Shown in pieces: positions 58,201-64,000 of a DNA stretch of 64,000 nt. How positions within the stretch are numbered: position 1 is the stretch's first letter; the number at the start of each line of letters is the position of its first letter. The stretch spans positions 23,310 through 87,309 of the forward strand of contig JANQKC010000014.1 in assembly GCA_028281325.1 (NCBI GenBank), written 5' to 3'. This stretch comes from Alphaproteobacteria bacterium (GTDB taxonomy: Bacteria; Pseudomonadota; Alphaproteobacteria; UBA8366). A program made the position numbers and the translations under genes. Below the pieces are notes generated by a model. It was not told the origin of the DNA and searched no databases. It saw only the letters and a program-made list of their open reading frames with translations.

Positions 58201-58760
58201 GAATCGAACGAGATATCCGAGTTCAGCCTCTCGATTCGTTCGAAGGCGCCCTTCTCGGCATCGAGATAGCTGATCGTCCCATCGACAATGCGGAAGCTGT
58301 CCAGCTTCACGTTGGGCCCGTCGGTTTGGCCGCCACTCTGTTCGCCGGGCACGGCGTCACCGGCCGTCGGCGCGGCTGTATCGAATTGCCAATTTGTGCG
58401 GCCGTCCGCCGATTTCTCCAGGTTCACGGTTGGGCGCAGCAAGGTGACGACGATTGCGAGCTGCCCTTCGAACAGCGGGCCGAAGGCGACGCTGACACGC
58501 GCTTCCGGCAATCGAACCATCTCGGGCGCGCTCCCGCCCGCCGCATTCGATAAGCGGACATCTTCGACACGAAACGCCGGACGGGGAAGGATCGTAACGT
58601 CGATATCGCCGTTGATGGTCAAATCCCGGCCGGTCGCATCCTTGACCAGTTCGGCGATCTGCTGCTTCCGCGCGTTCCAATCCACGAAGCTGGGTGCGAC
58701 CAAAACGGCCGCGATCAGAATGACGATGACGGCGACGACGCCTATGACCAGCTTTTTCAC
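55248..58760 (-). CDS. AsmA-family large envelope protein
   Basis: Start GTG 58760 (VKKLVIGVVAVIVILIAAVLVAPSFVDWNARKQQIAELV) with a GGAGAA RBS. N-terminal anchor, long beta-rich repetitive body and Pro-rich C-terminus. Confidence 0.8.
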   Translation of the reverse strand: MKKLVIGVVAVIVILIAAVLVAPSFVDWNARKQQIAELVKDATGRDLTINGDIDVTILPRPAFRVEDVRLSNAAGGSAPEMVRLPEARVSVAFGPLFEGQLAIVVTLLRPTVNLEKSADGRTNWQFDTAAPTAGDAVPGEQSGGQTDGPNVKLDSFRIVDGTISYLDAEKGAFERIERLNSDISFDSLQGPFRLEGETTVRGLPVSIEASTGRLKPDEPLSFLVEMKTPGGNTEMQVRGNLSDSTGDPSVKAEVTATVEDAAALLRASLGGTPPPVMAQPLSIQAGLDASAEAVALNAIEVEFGEARLTGDIKAELGATQKVSAVLRAGNLNLDAFLDGGSDATAKTPDSAAGGSDTSPTTDGEPGPPQMKTTEAGGFELPMDLDATVDVLADVVQYHGSVIRGVTVKTALKGGRIAVEDVSAVFPGNSTVAVNGSVVAANGEPQIDLRVNGRSDNLREVLEWLDVDIAAVPADRLRRFTLSTDVAGTPRNLTARNIAMKLDSSQISGGLALVLRDKPAFGLRLAVDKLNLDGYLPPNDRPINVSPGLPAGQKAGSEETPADETPAYVEAIELLNRFDANIDATVGTVIVSRTPVSGLAVDLTVVNGGLDIRRLKVDDFAGVRADAKGKLGIATGQPSFEAEYRIDVTDKPRFVRFLGNPPELRNRQFGRIAASGKGSGSLESLSLDTKLEAMGGTLVLDGSIAQPLLAPQFNLAATLRAPELVRVLQLAVDDYSPAAGKLGPVDLSVQAEGSLGYIKLSNIAGHAGPVSLRGNADANFEGDRPKLRASLSTSEVLLDLFLPLESQRRSALPARHRIIKTAAKSITVPNPGERWSKDRLDLAALRSIDAELSLSMSALTKDPYRLSNPKADVLLEKGKLTLRSFESGFSTGTVTATGEADAQTDTLTAALNVAAKDVDVADVVNALRDYQVRLGPIRFGTRVKGPVAVTANMATTGGSAHDLVNALNGKGRITGQLQTAFSSETRGTSAVAGLAGALLGEKVKELRGVTNVVQGTDLLLSAFDGASTLNGDIVIANGVASTENLVLVGRGGRALTAGTVHLPRWTLDSVTDVTLGQDDDPYLVAEMTGALDDPYVKKVSGRILRTRQAPAQQAPSSGQPADQARDPLKSLLPRILNPQPAPAPSGEPAPSGQKKPKPEDVLKDLLQGFSR

Positions 58761-58867
58761 TAATGGTTCTCCGCGTTCTTTGGGCTCGATCGATCCAACC
58801 CGCGCGTGATCGGGCACAGGCTACGGAATCACCACGAAAGGATCAAACCATTCCTCGATAGATGGGG

Positions 58868-60496
58868 TTAGCCATCGCCGCCGTGTAGGGCTTCTAGGAT
58901 AATTCCATGAAATTGCGCCATTCCGGCGATCGACGCCCCCTGCGGGAGCGTACCGCGCCGGAACCCGGCATCTTCGAAACGCTCCAGGATTCCAGCCTTC
59001 TTCGTAAATATGTGAACCGGCACCATCCAATCGGCCTCGGGGCCGCTGACAATGGCGGGCGGTTGATGATCACCGATCACGACGACGAAGGCATCCTCGG
59101 GGCTGCGATGCCGCATGAACCCGTCAACCAAATCGAGACCGTAGGCAAGCGAGCGGCCATAGGACCGCCTCAACCGCCGCCCGTCGTGCGGGCCGTCAAC
59201 CGTCTCGGGCATATTGCCATGAAAGGCGCCTTCGCTTGTGACCATCGACCAATCATCGAGGTAGGGCGGTACGGGTTCGAAGGGCATATGACTCGTGACG
59301 GTCGGAAAGACGACGAAGAGCGGCGGTCGCCCGGGTGGCGCGACCTCCCGGCGGTACATCTGCTCCAACGAAAATTGGTCGGGAATCGACCACCAGCCGA
59401 AGTCGGGCCCGGCGTAATCCAACGACGGCGAATCATAGATCCGGTCGTAACCGTAATACGCACCCTCCGGCCATGCCCGCTTGATACCGGGAAGCAGCGC
59501 CACCGATCGATACCCCGCCTTTCGGAAAACATCCACCATGGTCGGACGGCGGGTGCTTAGGAGCAGTTGATAGTCCTGGTTCCGTGATACCGTCAGCCCC
59601 GACAGGAAACTGGAATGCGCCAGCCACGAGGCGCCGCCGAATGTCGGCGAGATCAGGAAAGCGGACGCCATATGCCAGCCTTCATCGCCAAGCCGGTCCT
59701 GCAGCCGCTGCAATCTTGGAACGACGGAACGGGACAGGTCCGAGTCCTCGTGCGCCACCGCACCGTATGACTCCAGGAAGAAGACGAAAACGTCGCCATT
59801 CTCCAACCGGGCCAGATCCGACGATACAACGTCGCCCTTCATAAAGTCGGTCGACGGGCCGACACCGGCCAGGGCCTTGGCCGTGAATCCGACCTGGTCC
59901 GCATAGACCGGCGTAACCGGCAACGCAAACCGCTTGTTGATGGTCGCGCTATCGCTGCCTTGGCCGACGGCAAAAACCGTCAACGCCGCGCCGGCGATTG
60001 CGATCACGCAACGCCGGGACGCCCGGTCTCGCATCGCGTCGGTCACGGTCCGCATGGCCAGCCATATGCCGACGGCTGCCGCCGCAAGTAAGACAAGGGC
60101 CGCCAAGGTAAAGAGAATCAGGTCGGCGGTGGATCGGGCCTCCGCCGTCATCGCCATGACATTCGGAAGATGACCGAGATCGAAATAGAGATTGATCGGT
60201 CGGCCGAACAAGGCATGTGCGGTGACATCCCCGTACCGGCCGAGGATCAGCAGACCGACAACGGCAACGGCGGTGCGACGCAGCCAGCACGGCACCGGAC
60301 CGCGCCATTCGCCCCACAAGGCAAGCAGCAGCAGGAGCGCCAAGAGTTCCGTCGATATCTCGGTCGTCGGGCGAAGCCATAAGGTCGGCCACACATTCTG
60401 CGCCGCAAGCGCCAGATTGAGGCCGACGACGGAAAGCAACAACGCCGCCGGCGCAACCAGCCGTCGCCACGCGTTTTGCCCCGAACGCAAGATCAA
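58868..60496 (-). CDS. Membrane-anchored sulfatase / LTA-synthase-like (alkaline-phosphatase superfamily) protein
   Basis: N-terminal multi-TM region, then a sulfatase-like domain (VFVFFLESYG...SPTFGGASWLAHSSFLSG...PTVTSHMPF). The start is unresolved: the track's TTG 60589 lies inside the upstream hydratase gene, and TTG 60496 (GGGGA RBS) is my guess. Confidence 0.65.
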   Translation of the reverse strand: MILRSGQNAWRRLVAPAALLLSVVGLNLALAAQNVWPTLWLRPTTEISTELLALLLLLALWGEWRGPVPCWLRRTAVAVVGLLILGRYGDVTAHALFGRPINLYFDLGHLPNVMAMTAEARSTADLILFTLAALVLLAAAAVGIWLAMRTVTDAMRDRASRRCVIAIAGAALTVFAVGQGSDSATINKRFALPVTPVYADQVGFTAKALAGVGPSTDFMKGDVVSSDLARLENGDVFVFFLESYGAVAHEDSDLSRSVVPRLQRLQDRLGDEGWHMASAFLISPTFGGASWLAHSSFLSGLTVSRNQDYQLLLSTRRPTMVDVFRKAGYRSVALLPGIKRAWPEGAYYGYDRIYDSPSLDYAGPDFGWWSIPDQFSLEQMYRREVAPPGRPPLFVVFPTVTSHMPFEPVPPYLDDWSMVTSEGAFHGNMPETVDGPHDGRRLRRSYGRSLAYGLDLVDGFMRHRSPEDAFVVVIGDHQPPAIVSGPEADWMVPVHIFTKKAGILERFEDAGFRRGTLPQGASIAGMAQFHGIILEALHGGDG

Positions 60497-60515
60497 TGCG
60501 ATCCCCGACGGCGGG

Positions 60516-61310
60516 TCAGGCTCCCGTGAACTGCGGTTTGCGTTTCGCCATGAACGCCTCCCGCCCTTCCTGGTAATCCTTGCTGTCAAAGCACGCCTTC
60601 TTCAGTCCATCGATCATGTCGTAGTCGCGGTCTTCCTTGTCCTTCAGGATCTCCGCGATCGTCAGCTTGGACGCCCGCATCGACAACGGCGCGTTCTCCG
60701 TGATCGCGTCGGTGAATTCCTGCACCGTAGCGGCCAGCGCGTCGACCGGCACCACACGATTGATCAAACCGATTTGATAGGCTTCCGCCGCCGACAGACG
60801 TCGCCCGGTGATCAAAATTTCCTTGGCGAAGGACGGCCCGACGAGCGACGCCAAGCGCTGGACGTTCTCGAAGGTATAGGCAATGCCCAAGCGCGCCGCC
60901 GGGATACCGAATTGCGAATCTTCGCTCGCGATCCGGAAATCCGCGCTCATGGCGACTCCCAGGCCGCCGCCCAGGCAATAGCCCCGGATCATCGCGATCA
61001 GCGGTTTCTCGAAGTCGCCGAGCTTGCGCCGCGAGTCGCTGGAGACCCGGTCGTATTCGGCGGCCGCCTCGGCATCGTTGCGCTTTTCCTTGAACTGCGA
61101 GATATCGGCGCCGGAGACGAACGCCTTATCGCCGGCTCCCGTCATGACGCAACAACGGACGTCCGGATCCTGCGCATAATCGTCCATGACCGTGCCGATG
61201 GCTTCCCACATTTCGAGGGAGACGGCGTTGCGGCGGGCCGGACTGTTGAAAGTCAACCACCCCACGCCGTCCTTCTTTTCCGCGATCATCTTATCGGTCT
61301 TGAGTTCCAT
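60516..61310 (-). CDS. Enoyl-CoA hydratase/isomerase (crotonase) family protein
   Basis: 264 aa, ATG 61310. GVGWLTFNSPARRNAVS, FVSGADISQF and GYCLGGGLG. Confidence 0.88.
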   Translation of the reverse strand: MELKTDKMIAEKKDGVGWLTFNSPARRNAVSLEMWEAIGTVMDDYAQDPDVRCCVMTGAGDKAFVSGADISQFKEKRNDAEAAAEYDRVSSDSRRKLGDFEKPLIAMIRGYCLGGGLGVAMSADFRIASEDSQFGIPAARLGIAYTFENVQRLASLVGPSFAKEILITGRRLSAAEAYQIGLINRVVPVDALAATVQEFTDAITENAPLSMRASKLTIAEILKDKEDRDYDMIDGLKKACFDSKDYQEGREAFMAKRKPQFTGA

Positions 61311-61355
61311 GGCGTCCTCTTGTGTTGATGCGTTTCATCGCGCCGGCATTCGGCG

Positions 61356-62552
61356 CTAAACGACCTGCTTGCCGCGCAAGGCTTCGATCTGTTGTTCGCT
61401 ATAGCCCAATTCGGCGAGAATCTCTTCCGTCTGTTCGCCCAATTCGGGGGTTGGGCGGCGAATCTTGTCCGGCTGCGGCGTCCGGCTCATCATCAGCGGC
61501 TGGCCGACGATCGGAAACGTCCCGACGGCCGGACTTTCCATCGGCGTCGCGATTCCCAAATGCTGGACCTGCGGGTCGGAAAAGACCTGCTGCATGTCGT
61601 AGATCGGCCCGCACGGCACGCCCGCCTCGTTCAGGGCATCGACCCAGTGCTGGCTGGGCTTCGTGCTGGTCACGTCGCCGATGATGCCGTTCAGCTCGTC
61701 GCGGTTCTCCCGCCGGGCGCCGAAACTGTTGTACCGGTCGTCGTCGAGCAGCCGCTCCAACTCCAGCGTTTTGCATAACCGTTCGAACAGCACGGTGCCC
61801 GATGCGGCGATGTTGATATGGCCGTCCGCCGTCGGGAAAACGCCGGTGGGAATGCCGGTCGGATGGTTGTTGCCGGCTTGCTTGGGCACGTCGCCGTCCT
61901 TGAGGTAACGCGCGGCCTGGAAGTCCATCATCGAGATGATCGCTTGCAGCAATGACGTGTGCACCCATTGCCCTTCGCCGGAAATCTCCCGCTCCAACAA
62001 CGCGATCAGGATTCCCTGGGCCAGGAACATCCCGGACGTCAGATCGCAGATCGGAATACCGACACGCACCGGCCCCTGCCCCGGCAGGCCCGTGACCGAC
62101 ATGAGCCCGCCCATACCCTGCGCGATCTGGTCGACGCCGGGGCGCTTGCCGTAAGGACCGTCCTGTCCGAAGCCCGAGATACTGCCGTAGACGATCCGCG
62201 GATTGACCTTCCGGCAAGCCTCGTAGTCGATGCCGAGACGGTGCTTCACGGCGGAGCGGTAATTCTCGACGACGACATCCGCCTCCTTGACCAGCTTGAA
62301 GAACACCTCCTTGCCCTCATCCGATTTCAGGTTGAGGGTCAGGCTCCGCTTGTTGCGGTGCAGGTTCTGCAAGTCGAACCCGTGACGCGCGCCGAGGGTG
62401 CCGGTCTTTTCCTTGTTGATAGCGGCCGGCGCTTCGATCTTGATTGTTTCCGCGCCCCAGTCGGCCAACTGCCTCACCGCCGTTGGGCCCGCGCGATGGG
62501 CGGTTAAGTCGACGACCTTGAAACGTGACAAAGGTAAAGAGCGCTCGGACAC
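61356..62552 (-). CDS. Family III CoA-transferase (CaiB/BaiF-type)
   Basis: Start GVG-type correction: GTG 62552 (VSERSLPLSRFKVVDLTAHRAGPTAVRQLADWGAETIKIE) with a GGAGA RBS. The active-site Asp lies in the region GVDQIAQGMGGLMSVTG. Confidence 0.88.
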   Translation of the reverse strand: MSERSLPLSRFKVVDLTAHRAGPTAVRQLADWGAETIKIEAPAAINKEKTGTLGARHGFDLQNLHRNKRSLTLNLKSDEGKEVFFKLVKEADVVVENYRSAVKHRLGIDYEACRKVNPRIVYGSISGFGQDGPYGKRPGVDQIAQGMGGLMSVTGLPGQGPVRVGIPICDLTSGMFLAQGILIALLEREISGEGQWVHTSLLQAIISMMDFQAARYLKDGDVPKQAGNNHPTGIPTGVFPTADGHINIAASGTVLFERLCKTLELERLLDDDRYNSFGARRENRDELNGIIGDVTSTKPSQHWVDALNEAGVPCGPIYDMQQVFSDPQVQHLGIATPMESPAVGTFPIVGQPLMMSRTPQPDKIRRPTPELGEQTEEILAELGYSEQQIEALRGKQVV

Positions 62553-62749
62553 CGTTGAATCTCCGCAAAATCTGTGTGACGCGACGACCTGCCCTCGACC
62601 CCTCACGGCAAGCCGTCACAAAAAACCAGTGTATGCTTGCTATCTTCTTAGCGTAATCGCGCCGGCAAGGGAAAGTCGCCCTCCCACCGGCTGATCTATG
62701 GCAATCGATCCGCCGCCGCAACCCCCACCCGCGATAGGGAAGCCGCAGA

Positions 62750-64000
62750 ATGACCAGCAAGAAACAGTCCGCCGACGACATCCATCCGATCGGCGTCTTC
62801 GACCCGAAACGCACGCCGCCGCCCGCCTTCGTCGATCGTGTCCCGGCCTTTCTGAACGGTAGCGAAACGCCCCGCGGTTTTCTCGAAAAATGTCTCGAAC
62901 GGATCGGCGCGCTGGAACCGGCGGTCGCCGCCTTCGCGCATCTCGATGTAGACGCCGCGCGCGCCGAGGCCGACGCCTCGACCGCGCGGTATGCGGCGAA
63001 CCGGCCGTTGTCCCCCATCGACGGTTGCCCCGTCGGGGTCAAGGACATCATCGAAACGGCGGACATGCCGACGCAGATGAACAGCCCGATCTTCGACCAC
63101 TGGCAATCGAACCGTGACGCCGCCTGCGTCTTCGCCTTGCGGCACGGCGGCGCGGTCGTTCCAGGCAAGACCGTCACGACGGAGTTCGCGACCGGTGCCT
63201 CGGGTCCCACGCGCAACCCGTATGATTTGGCGCGGACGCCCGGCGGATCATCGAGCGGGTCCGCCGCGGCCACCGCCGCATCCATGGTCCCGGTGGCCTT
63301 GGGCACGCAAACCGCCGGGTCGATCGTGCGGCCGGCCGCCTATTGCGGCGTCTACGGATACAAGCCGACCCACGCCGCCCTGAACATCGGCGGAATCCAC
63401 CCGCTCTCGCTGAGCCATGACACGTTGGGAACGATCGCCGGCACAATGGCCGATGCATGGGCTATCGCGCATTACATCGCGTCGGTCGTCGGCGGCACGC
63501 CGCCGCATCCGGGGTTGGACGGCCCCGCCGCGCTGCCCGACGCCCGCAAACCGGAAACGCTGGTGCGGCTCTGCACCGATGGCTGGCGCGCGGTCGACGA
63601 CCCGATGCGGCAGGACTTCGAAACCACGCTCGACCGCATCGCGGCGAGCGGCGTCCGAATTCTCGATCGCGGCAACAGCCGGACAGTCGCCGATCTGGAA
63701 AGTCTGCTGGAAGATGTGGACGAAATCGCGCGAACGATCTCGGCCTACGAGCGCCGTTGGCCCTTCGCCGAATACGCAAAGCGCCACCCGGGCCAACTAA
63801 GCGCGATGGCGCAGGAACGATTGGACGCGGCCCTCGCGATGACCCGCGGCGAATTCCTCGATGCGCTCGCCCGGCAATCGGAAATCCGGGCGCAGGTCGA
63901 CGCCATCGCCGACATCGCCGACGGTTTCGTGACGCTGACCGCCGCCGGCCCCGCCCCGCTTGGCCTGGAGAATACCGGTAACCGGTCTTTTCAGATTTTC
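62750..64000 (+). CDS. Amidase-signature family amidase (3' end beyond the window)
   Basis: Absent from the ORF track because there is no stop in the window. ATG 62750 (GGGAAG RBS) is in frame to 64000. PVGVKDIIETADMPT and GGSSSGSAAATAASMVPVALGTQTAGSIVRPAAYCGVYGYKPT form the AS signature. Confidence 0.88.
   Translation, partial: MTSKKQSADDIHPIGVFDPKRTPPPAFVDRVPAFLNGSETPRGFLEKCLERIGALEPAVAAFAHLDVDAARAEADASTARYAANRPLSPIDGCPVGVKDIIETADMPTQMNSPIFDHWQSNRDAACVFALRHGGAVVPGKTVTTEFATGASGPTRNPYDLARTPGGSSSGSAAATAASMVPVALGTQTAGSIVRPAAYCGVYGYKPTHAALNIGGIHPLSLSHDTLGTIAGTMADAWAIAHYIASVVGGTPPHPGLDGPAALPDARKPETLVRLCTDGWRAVDDPMRQDFETTLDRIAASGVRILDRGNSRTVADLESLLEDVDEIARTISAYERRWPFAEYAKRHPGQLSAMAQERLDAALAMTRGEFLDALARQSEIRAQVDAIADIADGFVTLTAAGPAPLGLENTGNRSFQIF

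Overview
High-GC chromosomal segment with alphaproteobacterial hallmarks: a permuted two-piece tmRNA with an ANDN-type tag, an SspB-alpha-type adaptor, and the clusters mreBCD-mrdA-rodA, hflKC-DUF2065-degP, ilvIH-ilvC and miaA/serB. About 50 protein genes, one tRNA-Lys(CUU) and one tmRNA are supported. Most of the window is core housekeeping. The ORF track counts TTG and GTG as starts, and many long ORFs are antisense shadows of real genes, so I re-derived several starts from the sequence. Accessory content: (1) the 5' end of a narG-narK2-narK1 respiratory nitrate reductase cluster, a divergent Cys-less Crp/Fnr regulator and two FNR-type boxes; (2) a FecI/FecR/FecA-type cell-surface signalling iron-uptake unit with a PepSY membrane protein, a coupled small secreted protein, an iron-box-like palindrome and a duplicated ECF-promoter-like motif; (3) a rhombosortase translationally coupled to a VIT-vWA protein with a GlyGly-CTERM tail, and a thrice-repeated palindromic operator-like motif in its upstream region; (4) a CheW-like domain fused through a long low-complexity linker to a group-I truncated haemoglobin. 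I consider (4) the most unusual object in the window, a candidate gas-sensing chemotaxis scaffold. No CRISPR array, intact mobile element or recognisable defence system was seen. All homology calls come from reading the translations by eye against remembered family signatures. No database search was run.
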